A stretch of DNA of 64,000 nt from an uncultured Planctomycetaceae bacterium (GTDB lineage: Bacteria > Planctomycetota > Planctomycetia > Planctomycetales > Planctomycetaceae): the NCBI GenBank assembly GCA_963813715.1, contig CAWFAK010000008.1:192001-256000 (forward strand), read 5' to 3'. Made by a program: the position numbers and the translations under genes. Every line of letters starts with the position of its first letter. Position 1 is the stretch's first letter. The notes below the pieces were generated by a model. It was not told the origin of the DNA. It was given only the letters and a program-made list of their open reading frames with translations, and searched no databases. Of this stretch, positions 1-9,596 are shown in pieces.

Positions 1-4
1 CGAA

Positions 5-840
5 TTGATGCTTTCCGTGCCCGCGCGGTCGATCCTCGTCGACGCTGACCCGCACCGACTTTCGCAAGTGCTCGTCAACTTATTGGAGAACGCCGCGAAG
101 TACACGGACACGCCCAGTCAGATGTGGCTTTCGGTCGAACGCCAGGACGACGAGGCGGTCATTCAGATCCGGGATGTCGGAATTGGAATCGCCCCGGAGA
201 TGTTGCCAAACATCTTCAATCTCTTCGTACAGGCCGATAACTCGGTGGCCCGACCCAGAGGGGGACTGGGAATTGGACTCAACGTGGTCAAGCGGATCGT
301 CGAGTTGCACGGAGGCCGCGTCGAAGCGTCGAGCGCAGGGCTCGGCCAAGGCAGCGAGTTTACTGTCCGTCTTCCGATTTCAAAGTCCGCCGCGCCCAAT
401 GCGCCGCGCAGGCTCCCAGGCTGGAATATGGCCAGCCAACGAAGCGTAAGATCCTCGTGGTGGACGACAACGTCGATGCTGCCGTAACCACAACCTCCTT
501 GCTCAGGGCCTGGGGACACGATGTCCAAGCCGCCTACAGCGGAGAGGCGGCATTGGCCAGAGTGAGGAGCTTTCGCCCGGAGATCATCCTGCTCGATATT
601 GGCATGCCTGGCATGACGGGATACGAAGTCGCCAAGCACCTCAGAGCAGACCCAACGGCTCAAGGCATTATCATCGCGGCATTGACCGGCTATGGCCAAG
701 ACGCGGACCGCGAGCGATCCTGGGACGCGGGTTTCGACTACCATCTCACGAAGCCGCCGGATCCCATCTTGCTCGAATCCCTGGTCACATCACCTCGTTC
801 GCGCGATCGGGGCCCCTCGCGGCTCGCGGAAAACAACTGA
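5..840 (+). CDS. Hybrid sensor histidine kinase/response regulator, C-terminal part (HATPase_c + receiver); 5'-truncated by window edge, frameshift ~400-450
   Basis: ORF 5..487 has the N box (QVLVNLLENAAKYT) and G boxes (DVGIGI, GGLGIGL). ORF 457..840 is a receiver (VDDN, LLDIGMP, LTGYG, LTKP). The two frames join into one typical hybrid kinase. Confidence 0.85.
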
Positions 841-1267
841 GCCGCGGCTACTTCGCAGTGTTCGTGAAATCCGACCAGTTTCTGCAGGAACTTGTCCGTT
901 GAGTCGGCCGACCGACGGAACCAGCCGCCAGTGCCACTCGGAGGAAATCAGCGAAATAATGAGGAAAACGATCTTAGGCCGTCCGACTCTGCGCGGCGGA
1001 AATTGGATCCTTGATTTGGATCGCCAGGTCGTGCTCGATGGTTGAAGCGCGGAACGCCGCTCGAAGCGCCACAGGTCCCAGATCGCCACGGCGATTCCGC
1101 CGGCCGCTTGTGTGCTACCAGAGAATCGAACAAGGCCGAAAAGAAACCGCCGCTGTTCCCTTGAAGGACCGTTGCCGTTGTGTTCTAAATTGCGATTCGG
1201 GCCGCAATTGTCGAGTGGTCGTCACGATGTGACGGTGAGCGTTCCTTCAACGGACTGAGGATCTTCT

Positions 1268-1861
1268 TTGCCGAAATCAATCGCGGTTCTTGCCCTCGTT
1301 GCGTTTGCTGTCACCGCTTCGTCGTCGAAGGCGGACACGACCTTTACCGTTAATGGGACGTTTGCCAACGCGAATTCGTTTGGCGGCGGTACGGATGCCT
1401 TAGCAGGGACGGTCACGATCGACACCGTGGGCGGCACGGCGACGGCGTGGGACGTGAACGTTGGGCTCTCGTCGGGCTTATCCAGCTTTTTTGGGACGCC
1501 AGCGCTGACCTTCGATTCTGCGCCCACGACGACGATCCTCTTCTCAGGCGACGTGGAACTTTCGGGCCTGGCCGCGGGTGGGCTGGATGCGGAGTTGAAC
1601 CTCTTTCTCCCGGTTAACACGCTGGTTGGTTATTCCGGTGGCAGCTTGCTTGATAGTTCGTCAGGTCCGCCGACCTCGCAGCTTGTACCGCCCGGCGGCG
1701 AGGGGAGTTACGCCTCGCTCGAAGCCGGCACGTTGACTCCCCCCCTGAGCACGCCTGAACCCGCGACGTTCACACTGCTCGCCACCGGATTCTTGACGTT
1801 CGGCGGCTACGGCCTTTTTCGGCGACGTCGAGCGGCGACGGAAACGACCCCGGTCTGCTGA
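1268..1861 (+). CDS. PEP-CTERM sorting domain surface protein
   Basis: N-terminal signal peptide (IAVLALVAFAVTASSSKA), Thr/Gly/Ser-rich body, and C-terminal TPEPATFTLLATGFLTFGGYGLFRRRR (PEP + TM helix + basic tail). Confidence 0.85.
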   Translation: MPKSIAVLALVAFAVTASSSKADTTFTVNGTFANANSFGGGTDALAGTVTIDTVGGTATAWDVNVGLSSGLSSFFGTPALTFDSAPTTTILFSGDVELSGLAAGGLDAELNLFLPVNTLVGYSGGSLLDSSSGPPTSQLVPPGGEGSYASLEAGTLTPPLSTPEPATFTLLATGFLTFGGYGLFRRRRAATETTPVC

Positions 1862-2057
1862 CGATTCCTCCGCCGGCGTCTGGATTCGGCTCAGTCGTAG
1901 GGTGTGACCCACTCGCGAAGCGGTCAACGCTGCCACACGAGCCGCCCGCCACAAAGACGGTGTGCCTGCGGATCTTCGCCGCAGCTATCTGCATCGAGCC
2001 GCAGAACGGCTGCCCTTCGCCGTACCGCTTCTTGGTTGCGGGCACCACGGACGGCGC

Positions 2058-2096
2058 AAACAAAACGGCCCGGAGCGATTGAAGCGTTCCGGGCCG
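2058..2096 (-). terminator. Rho-independent terminator downstream of tRNA-Leu
   Basis: Minus strand CGGCCCGGAACG-cttcaat-CGCTCCGGGCCG followed by TTTTGTTT, just 3' of the tRNA. Confidence 0.75.
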
Positions 2097-2109
2097 GGGT
2101 TTTGTAAGT

Positions 2110-2195
<86 letters not shown>

Positions 2196-2205
2196 GGGAG
2201 CGTTG

Positions 2206-2233
2206 AGTATATCAGGCGCCTGGGTCGCGGCAA
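2206..2233 (-). promoter_or_regulatory. sigma70-type promoter of tRNA-Leu
   Basis: Minus strand TTGCCG-N16-TATACT with extended -10 (TGaTATACT), 10 nt upstream of the tRNA. Confidence 0.6.
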
Positions 2234-2392
2234 GCACGTCGATTGGCCGCTCCCAAGTCGGCTCGCACAAGGTGGATAGGCACGCGCGTTTGGCACCAGC
2301 CGCCGCAGACCGCATAATCGGTTGAGCGATCGCTCCCTGGTCCAAAAAAGACCCGGCGCCCGGCCGGTCCTCACACACAAAAACCTTCCCGC

Positions 2393-3526
2393 ATGAAGAT
2401 TGTCGACGTCCGCATTTATCCGCTCTCCGGTGAGACCGTCGATGGCGGCTGGCCGCAGGGGCATGAGCCGCAGGAGGATTTGCACACGCTGGTCGAGGTG
2501 GTGGGCGAGTCGGGCTTCAGCGGTTGGGGCAGTTGCTTCACGTCCGGGTCGCTTGTCGCGGGGGCGATGCGATTGTTGTGGCCGCTGCTTGTCGAAGCGC
2601 GGGCGGATGAACCCGAACGCACGACGGAGACGCTGCGGCAATCGACCTTTTGGCAGGGGCGCGGCGGCGCCGTCGAGCATGCGATCAGCGGCATCGATCT
2701 CGCGCTGTGGGACATTTTTGGCAAAGTTTGCCGGCAGCCGGTCGCCCGCCTGTTGGGCGGCAGCTACCGTTCCCGAATCAAACCTTACGGCTCGATTTTG
2801 TTCGACGAGCCGGACGCGCTGAAGCGGCGGCTCGAGGCGACCGTCGAGCGGGGGTTTCGCGCGATCAAGCTGGGCTGGCGGCCGTTTGGGCGGCGCGGCC
2901 GGCGGTTCGACGAACTGCTGATGCGGACGGCTCGCGAAACCGTGGGCGACCGGGTCGAGTTGATGGTCGACGCGGGGGGGAGCGAGCAGTTCTGGCCGCA
3001 CGGACTGAATTGGGCGCGTGAAACGGCGCGGATGCTGGCGGAGTACGACGTGACGTGGTTCGAGGAGCCGTTGCCGCCCGACGATTTGGAGGGTTACGCG
3101 GAGCTGACGCGGACGTCGCCCGTGCCGATCGCGGGGGGCGAGGTGCTGACGCGTCGCCAATCGTTCGTGCCGTGGCTCGAGCGGCGGGCCGTCGACATCA
3201 TTCAGCCCGACTGCACCAAGAACGGCGGATTGAGCGAGTCGCGGCGAATTGCCTGGCTGGCGCAGGACCACAACATCCGTTTTGTGCCGCACGGATGGAA
3301 CACGGTCGTCGGGCTGGCGGCCGATTTGCAACTGTCGGCGGCCTTGCCGAATGCGTTCTACGTTGAATATCTGACGCCGTCCGCATACATCGACGAATTG
3401 ACGGTCGCGCCGCCGCGGCTGGATGGTGCGGGCCTGTTGCCGATTCCCGACGGGCCGGGGTTGGGCATCGAAATCGACCGCGACAAGTTGCAACGCTTTT
3501 CCCGCCCGATAGAAAATTGGAAGTGA
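2393..3526 (+). CDS. Mandelate racemase/muconate lactonizing enzyme family protein (enolase superfamily, probable acid-sugar dehydratase)
   Basis: AISGIDLALWDIFGK, metal ligands MVDAG / WFEEP / AGGE, IIQPD and VPHG motifs. Confidence 0.9.
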   Translation: MKIVDVRIYPLSGETVDGGWPQGHEPQEDLHTLVEVVGESGFSGWGSCFTSGSLVAGAMRLLWPLLVEARADEPERTTETLRQSTFWQGRGGAVEHAISGIDLALWDIFGKVCRQPVARLLGGSYRSRIKPYGSILFDEPDALKRRLEATVERGFRAIKLGWRPFGRRGRRFDELLMRTARETVGDRVELMVDAGGSEQFWPHGLNWARETARMLAEYDVTWFEEPLPPDDLEGYAELTRTSPVPIAGGEVLTRRQSFVPWLERRAVDIIQPDCTKNGGLSESRRIAWLAQDHNIRFVPHGWNTVVGLAADLQLSAALPNAFYVEYLTPSAYIDELTVAPPRLDGAGLLPIPDGPGLGIEIDRDKLQRFSRPIENWK

Positions 3527-3539
3527 GGATTGAAAGCCG

Positions 3540-3578
3540 CCCTCAGCCCGACCCTCTCCCGGATTACCGGAGCGAGGG
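3540..3578 (+). repeat. REP-like intergenic palindrome (CCCTCA..CCCTCTCCC..GAGGG type)
   Basis: CCCTCAGCCCGACCCTCTCCCGGATTACCGGAGCGAGGG directly after a stop codon, with an imperfect hairpin. Confidence 0.5.
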
Positions 3579-3612
3579 TGTAAAGCCTCGCCAGACGAGC
3601 CGGAACGACTCG

Positions 3613-4536
3613 ATGACCTTGTTGCGACGTTTTGAAAAGCCCGAGCTTTATCGCGGCGGGTACGTGTCGATTGGCAACTTCGACGGCGTTCATCGGGGCC
3701 ACCAGGAAATCGCCCAGCACCTGGCGGCGCGGGCCGGGCGAGAAGGCGTTCCCGCGGTCGTGCTGACGTTCGATCCGCATCCGCTCGTCCTGTTGCGTCC
3801 TACTCACGTCCCCCCCAGCCTGACGACGCTCGAGCAGAAGGCCGAGTTGCTCGAACAAGCCGGCGTGAACTGTGTGATCGCCTATCCGACCGACCATGCG
3901 CTGCTGCAGCTTACGCCGAGCGAATTCGTCGATTCGATCCTCGTCGGCCAGTTGGCGGCAAAGGGAATCATCGAGGGCCCGAATTTTTGTTTCGGCAAAG
4001 ACCGCGCGGGCGATATCGACACGCTGAGTCAATTGTGCCGCGACCGCCAGATATTGCTCGAGGTTGCAGAGCCCGTCGGCGGCGCGCGGGCCATGGTCTC
4101 TTCGAGCACGATTCGCGCACTCGTTGCGGTCGGCAAGATCGGAGAAGCGGTGCAGCTGTTGGGACATCCGTATCGGATTGCGGGCGAGGTCGTGACGGGA
4201 GCACGACGCGGGCAGCAGATCGGCTTTCCCACGGCCAACATCGCGAACGTTAAAACGCTGCTCCCCGCGGACGGCGTTTACGCGGGGATCGCTGTCGCCG
4301 AGGGCAGCAAGTTTGTGGCGGCAATCAATCTCGGCCCCAATCCCACGTTCGGCGAAAACGCCCGCAAGGTGGAAGTGCATTTGCTCGATTTCGCCGGCGA
4401 CCTGTACGGCCGATCTCTAGCCGTTGATTTACTGGAACGCGTCCGCGACGTGCGGAAGTTTGCCGGCCGCGAAGAGCTGATCGAGCAGATCGGGAAGGAC
4501 GTGGCTGCGGTGCGGGCGATTACCGCCGGAGCATGA
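3613..4536 (+). CDS. ribF: Bifunctional riboflavin kinase/FAD synthetase
   Basis: IGNFDGVHRGHQ, TFDPHP, GPNFCFGKDRAG, VSSSTIR, GFPTAN, NPTFG, EVHLLDF, RDVRKF motifs. Confidence 0.95.
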   Translation: MTLLRRFEKPELYRGGYVSIGNFDGVHRGHQEIAQHLAARAGREGVPAVVLTFDPHPLVLLRPTHVPPSLTTLEQKAELLEQAGVNCVIAYPTDHALLQLTPSEFVDSILVGQLAAKGIIEGPNFCFGKDRAGDIDTLSQLCRDRQILLEVAEPVGGARAMVSSSTIRALVAVGKIGEAVQLLGHPYRIAGEVVTGARRGQQIGFPTANIANVKTLLPADGVYAGIAVAEGSKFVAAINLGPNPTFGENARKVEVHLLDFAGDLYGRSLAVDLLERVRDVRKFAGREELIEQIGKDVAAVRAITAGA

Positions 4537-4895
4537 ATCGCTGCGCCGGCAGCGTGAATCGGCTGAGCCGGGAATAGAAAAATCGGCAAAATAAACGCGA
4601 CGCCGAGAGGCGGGCGAAGAAGTCGGGCACGTCTCCAAAAAGAAACGCGCGCGGATTCATTCAGTTTTCATCGACTTTTGGTAATGCTGTTTGAACGTCG
4701 CACTTTGAGCCTTGAGCGCAGTCGGTCATTGGGCAAAAATTAAGAAAGCGTCAGCGGACCAACGGCGACGACGCTGCGACGGGCCGGGAGACAGACTGTG
4801 GCCACGACCGAACCGCCGGGTCAGGCGGCGGTTGTTTGCCGTCCACGATCAACACTACTGGAACACAAGCCGGACTCGTCGAGGTTTGTCAGGCG

Positions 4896-5951
4896 ATGAT
4901 CCATCTCGACTGCGTTTGCGGCACTCGCCTGGAGGTTCTCGACCTTTACGCGGGGGGCCATATTGTCTGCCACGCGTGCGGCGCGTCGGTGAACGTCCCG
5001 GCCGACGCGGCTGTGCTCGAGGAAAAGTTTCGCTTCCACTGCCCGTATTGCGAGGCGCGCGTCGTCGGCCGCCGCGGCTCAGCCGGCAAAAAGTCGCAGT
5101 GCCCGAGCTGCGGCAAGATGTACACGGTCCCCGAGCCGCCCTCCGATTCGGACGTCCTCGAGTCGCACACCGACCGCCGCATTCATTTGGACACGGACGA
5201 CCTGTCCGCGCACATCGGACTGCCGTTCCCGGTGGGAAGGCTCGAGCCTCGGGTGCCCGTCCTGCCGCAGCCGCGTTTCATGCATCCGCCGGAAGAGGTG
5301 GCGGCCGCCCGCGAAGATCCGATTCCCTGGCCGCTGCCGGATCTGACTGTCCCAGCGGAAACGCAAGCGGCCGCTTCGGACGTGCTGCCGGACGCTCCGT
5401 CGCAGGCACACGCGGAGGCACGCCTGCCGTTGACCGATCTCTGGTCGGGCGCGAGGTCGCTTGATCAGCACCTGGCTGAGATGATGGATCCGAATCGGCA
5501 GATGGTCGTCGGGTCATCGAGCGCCGTCGAGCCCTCCAGCTCGGCGCCGACCGCGCCTTCGATTCCACAGGTCGACGGCCCGGCCAAGCCGGCGAGCGTC
5601 GGCGAGCTGCAGATCGTGAGCGGCAACGGCGTCAGCCAGCGGATCCGCATGGACTTCCGCCGCTTTCTCATCGGCAACGAGCGGGATTGCGACCTGCGGC
5701 CCGTGAGCCCGCTTTTGAGCCGGCACCACTGCGTCTTCAAGCGGGACGAGTACGCCGTCCGCGTCCGCGACCTGGGGAGCAACAGCGGCACATTCGTCAA
5801 CGGCCGCCGCATCCACACCGAGGCCATTTTGAAGCCCGGCGATGACGTGACCGTCGGCGACATCACATTGCACGTCGTGCTGCCGAACTCGCCCCGCGTC
5901 ACGCAGATGCAGGACAGCAATCCGTCGATCAGCGACTTCGTGATCCTCTAG
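4896..5951 (+). CDS. Zinc-ribbon + FHA domain protein
   Basis: N-terminal CxCG..CxxCG and CxxC..CxxCG pairs, a Pro-rich linker, and C-terminal FHA motifs (IGNERDCDL, SRHHC, DLGSNSGTFVNG). Confidence 0.8.
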   Translation: MIHLDCVCGTRLEVLDLYAGGHIVCHACGASVNVPADAAVLEEKFRFHCPYCEARVVGRRGSAGKKSQCPSCGKMYTVPEPPSDSDVLESHTDRRIHLDTDDLSAHIGLPFPVGRLEPRVPVLPQPRFMHPPEEVAAAREDPIPWPLPDLTVPAETQAAASDVLPDAPSQAHAEARLPLTDLWSGARSLDQHLAEMMDPNRQMVVGSSSAVEPSSSAPTAPSIPQVDGPAKPASVGELQIVSGNGVSQRIRMDFRRFLIGNERDCDLRPVSPLLSRHHCVFKRDEYAVRVRDLGSNSGTFVNGRRIHTEAILKPGDDVTVGDITLHVVLPNSPRVTQMQDSNPSISDFVIL

Positions 5952-5953
5952 CG

Positions 5954-6600
5954 GTGTCCGCGCTGCGAGTGGTCTACGAAGACAACCATTGCCTGGCGGT
6001 GATCAAACCAGCCGGGCTGCTCACGGCTGGCGACCGCACGGGGGACGTTTCACTCGTCGACCAGGTCCGCGATTATCTGCGGACCAAGTACCAAAAGCCG
6101 GGCAACGTCTTCGTCGGCGTCGTGCATCGGCTCGACCGTCCGGTGGGCGGAGTGGTCGTTTTTGCCCGCACGAGCAAGGCCGCCTCGCGACTGTCGGAAC
6201 AATTTCGCGCAGGCCGCGTGGAAAAGGTGTATCAAGCGCTCGTTGAGGGCGCGTCGCCCGGCGCGAGGGAGAACTGGTCGACCGTCTGGTCAAAGATCAC
6301 AAAACAAACGTGGTCCGCCGTTCAGCGCAAGACGAACCGAGCACGCGCGAGAGCCGCCTCTATTTTCGCCGGCTGAAAGGCACTCCCGACGCGACGCTCT
6401 TGGAAATCCGTCCCACGACCGGCCGCAGCCACCAGATCCGCGTGCAACTGGCCGCGATGGGCCACCCAATCGTCGGCGACCGCAAATACGGCTCGAGGCG
6501 CCCGTTTGAGGACGGAATCGCCCTCCGCGCCGTGCAGCTGACTTTCGAGCATCCGACCACGAAGCAGCCCATCACGGTCGAGGCCGCCGTCGATTGGTGA
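5954..6600 (+). CDS. RluA-family pseudouridine synthase (frameshift ~6260)
   Basis: KPAGLL and [10 protein letters not shown] in ORF 5954..6376; [25 protein letters not shown] in ORF 6310..6600. Confidence 0.9.
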
Positions 6601-6629
6601 GTCCTAGAGGCAGAGCGCGAAGGCCGCGC

Positions 6630-6686
6630 TCATCCGTCATTCGGGCTTCGTGCTTCTTTCGTCATCTCATTCGTGCTTCGTCATTT
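6630..6686. repeat. Short-unit TTCGTCAT/TTCGTGCT intergenic repeat between convergent genes
   Basis: TCATCCGTCATTCGGGCTTCGTGCTTCTTTCGTCATCTCATTCGTGCTTCGTCATT: degenerate 7-nt units. Confidence 0.55.
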
Positions 6687-6689
6687 CCA

Positions 6690-7745
6690 TCACCGGCTCC
6701 GTACGCCGGCGAGGGCCGTGCGGATTCGTCGCACCGCCGCGTCGACAGCTGCTCGGTCATGGTGCCGGTTGGTGACGAGGCGGATTTGGCGGGGTGGGCG
6801 GCCGCTGGCGAGTAGGCCGGCTGATTTGAAGCGGTCGAGGATTTCCTGCGTCGAGAGGCCGGTCGCGGTGTGGTCGACGTTCACCATGTTCGTCTCAACC
6901 GATTCCGGATCGACGCTCAGTCCAGGCACTTCGTTGACCGCGAGCGCGAGCAGCCGGGCGTTCGCGTGATCGTCCGCCAGGCGATCGACTAAATTTTCGA
7001 GCGCGACGAGTCCGCACGCGGCAATCACTCCCGCTTGACGCATGCCGCCGCCGATTCGCTTGCGACAATGATCGGCCTTGGCAATGAATTCGCGGCTGCC
7101 GACGAGTAACGAACCGAGCGGGCACGAGAGCCCTTTCGACAGGCAGAACATCACCGAGTCGGCGTGTTGGGCCACGGCCGCCGCGGAGACGCCTTGCTGA
7201 ATGGCCGCGTTGAAAATCCGCGCACCGTCGAGATGGACGGCCAGGCCCCGTTCGTGGGCCACATGGCACAGCCGATTTTGCAGCTCGAGCGGAACGACGC
7301 GGCCGCCGCTCAGGTTGTGCGTGTTTTCGAGGCACAGCAAGCGGGGCACCGGATAGTGCAAATTGAAGGGGCGAATGGCCGCCGCCACGTCGTCGGGATC
7401 GAGCATGCCTTTGCGGCTGGTGAGCGCGAGCGGCATCAAGCCAGCGACATTCGCCATGCCGCCCGCTTCGTAAGCGTAGATATGCGACTGCGAGTCGAGC
7501 AGCACTTCGTCGCCGGGGTTGGCGTGCGCCATCAAGGCACAGAGATTGCCCATCGTCCCACTGATCACCAGCAGGGCCGCTTCCTTGCCGAGCATTTTGG
7601 CCGCCAGCGATTCGAGGCGGGTAACGGTCGGGTCCTCGTCGAAGGTATCGTCTCCCAGCGGCGCGTGGCGGATCGCCTCCAGCATCTCGGGCGTGGGGAG
7701 GGTCTGGGTGTCGCTGCGAAAATTGAGCACGCTGTCTGAAATCAC
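6690..7745 (-). CDS. ltaE: Low-specificity L-threonine aldolase (PLP-dependent)
   Basis: FRSDT, SGTMGN, LENTHN, HLDGARIFNA, CLSKGL (PLP Lys), GGGMRQAG. Confidence 0.92.
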   Translation of the reverse strand: MISDSVLNFRSDTQTLPTPEMLEAIRHAPLGDDTFDEDPTVTRLESLAAKMLGKEAALLVISGTMGNLCALMAHANPGDEVLLDSQSHIYAYEAGGMANVAGLMPLALTSRKGMLDPDDVAAAIRPFNLHYPVPRLLCLENTHNLSGGRVVPLELQNRLCHVAHERGLAVHLDGARIFNAAIQQGVSAAAVAQHADSVMFCLSKGLSCPLGSLLVGSREFIAKADHCRKRIGGGMRQAGVIAACGLVALENLVDRLADDHANARLLALAVNEVPGLSVDPESVETNMVNVDHTATGLSTQEILDRFKSAGLLASGRPPRQIRLVTNRHHDRAAVDAAVRRIRTALAGVRSR

Positions 7746-7839
7746 AATGCCGCTCCGATTTGGGCGTTCCGTTTTGAACGGGCGATGAGTCCGTTATGCT
7801 GCAGCATACCAAGCAGGACGCAAAAATTCGGAGCGACGC

Positions 7840-8712
7840 ATGCAAGTGGTGATTACCGCGGTAGGCCCCGACAATCGCGGGCTGGCCGATCCGATCGTGC
7901 ACCATGTCACGGGATCGGGTGCGAACATCCACGAAATCCAAATGTACAACCACGACTCGGAGCAGTTGTTCGCCATGCTGCTGCGGGTCGAATGGACGGG
8001 CGGACCCGAGTCGGTCGCCGAGCTATCGGCCCGGATGCAGGACGTCGGCCGCGGCAAGGGATTGTCGTTGCGAACGTGGTCGCGGGAGGCTCTCGGACGT
8101 CCGCCCCGTCTCGCGCTTTGCACGACCCATCGTCCCGAGCCGGCGCTCGCCGTGTTGCGAGCCATTCGCGACGGCCGCCTGGCCGCGACTCCGGCCGTGA
8201 TGATTGGGAATCGGGACGCCTGCCGCGGGGTGGCCGAGCAGTTCGGCGTCGAATGGCAGCAGGTCGGAGACGCACAAGGACGGCCCGACAATGACCGCAT
8301 GGTCGAGCTGTTCGACAAATACGCCGTCGACTACATCATTCTGGCGCGGTACATGCGGATTCTACCGCCCGCCACCTGCTGGAAATTCGCCGGCGGCCGC
8401 ATCATCAACTTGCACCACGGCCTCTTGCCCTCGTTTCCTGGTGCGAGCCCCTACGAAGACGCGTTTCAGCACCGGATGCTGACCTATGGGGCGACGATTC
8501 ATTTCATCGTCCCGGAGCTCGACGCCGGCAACCAGATCATTCATCAGAGCACATTTACCGTCTTTCCGGGCACGCCGCTGGCCGAGATCAAACGACGTGG
8601 CCAAACCGATCACGAACCGTCCGCCCTGGTCGAAGGGGTACGACGAGTGGTCGATCGGGAGGTCGAGCTCCACTTCCATCGGGTGGTGCGGACGGGCACG
8701 GATTCGGTCTGA
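7840..8712 (+). CDS. purU: Formyltetrahydrofolate deformylase
   Basis: N-terminal ACT-like domain (GPDNRGL), LARYMRIL, INLHHGLLPSFPGA, GATIHF..ELDAG. Confidence 0.88.
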   Translation: MQVVITAVGPDNRGLADPIVHHVTGSGANIHEIQMYNHDSEQLFAMLLRVEWTGGPESVAELSARMQDVGRGKGLSLRTWSREALGRPPRLALCTTHRPEPALAVLRAIRDGRLAATPAVMIGNRDACRGVAEQFGVEWQQVGDAQGRPDNDRMVELFDKYAVDYIILARYMRILPPATCWKFAGGRIINLHHGLLPSFPGASPYEDAFQHRMLTYGATIHFIVPELDAGNQIIHQSTFTVFPGTPLAEIKRRGQTDHEPSALVEGVRRVVDREVELHFHRVVRTGTDSV

Positions 8713-8869
8713 TTTCCCGCGATGATTTCGGTGTTGTAATTTCCCGTGAATGCCAGGTGATTGTTTCAGAGTTAAACCGTCCAACTTGACGAAAGGCGTG
8801 CAGCCAATCGACGTTGGGACAAGGATCGGGTAGAATTCCCGATGGCTGCGGACAACCGGAGCGGATTGC

Positions 8870-9556
8870 ATGGATCTCTTGGTCATAGAAGATGAGGCCG
8901 TGTTGGGAAAAGCTCTCCAACGCGGCTTATCGGATTGTCATCACGAATGCACATGGGTGCGCAACGGCAAGAAGGGGCTCGACTTAGGGCTGAGCCAACG
9001 CTTTGACGCCATCATCCTCGACCTGCTGCTCCCGGACATGGAGGGGCTGCAGGTGCTGGATTCGCTGCGGACCCGCGGCGTCCAAACACCCGTGCTGGTG
9101 CTAACGGCCCTCGGATCGGTCGAAAATCGGGTCCGCGGCCTGAAAAGCGGGGCGGACGATTACCTGGTCAAACCGTTTGCCTTCCCCGAGCTGACAGCCC
9201 GCCTTGAGGCCCTCTCGCGGCGCTCGAGCTTCCGGCCGTCGATGACGCATACCGTCGGACCGCTGACCCTCGACATGACCACCCGCCGGGCGTCGCGGGG
9301 GGAGCGGGAGATCGAGCTGTCCCCCACCGAGTTCACGGTGCTCGAATACTTGATGCGGTTTGCCGGCCAGGTGGTGACGCGCAAGATGCTCAGTCAACAC
9401 GTGTGGGATGACGATTGGGACGGCACGACCAACGTGATCGACGTGCACATCAATCGTCTTCGCAACAAGATCGACCGCGGCTTCGATATGCCGCTCATTC
9501 AGACGGTCCGCGGTCACGGCTACGTTTTGCGAGCCGCCGAACCCAGCGCCCTCTGA
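8870..9556 (+). CDS. OmpR-family DNA-binding response regulator
   Basis: IEDE, ILDLLLP, LTA, GADDYLVKPF, and winged-helix C-terminus NVIDVHINRLRNKID..IQTVRGHGY. Confidence 0.95.
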   Translation: MDLLVIEDEAVLGKALQRGLSDCHHECTWVRNGKKGLDLGLSQRFDAIILDLLLPDMEGLQVLDSLRTRGVQTPVLVLTALGSVENRVRGLKSGADDYLVKPFAFPELTARLEALSRRSSFRPSMTHTVGPLTLDMTTRRASRGEREIELSPTEFTVLEYLMRFAGQVVTRKMLSQHVWDDDWDGTTNVIDVHINRLRNKIDRGFDMPLIQTVRGHGYVLRAAEPSAL

Positions 9557-9596
9557 CCGCCGGGCTGCGGCAGGAACCGCGCTGGGCAGGATTGCG

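Noticed and set aside
3526..3612. FMN riboswitch upstream of ribF
   Set aside because: The gap is too short and lacks the RFN consensus; it is occupied by a REP-like palindrome.
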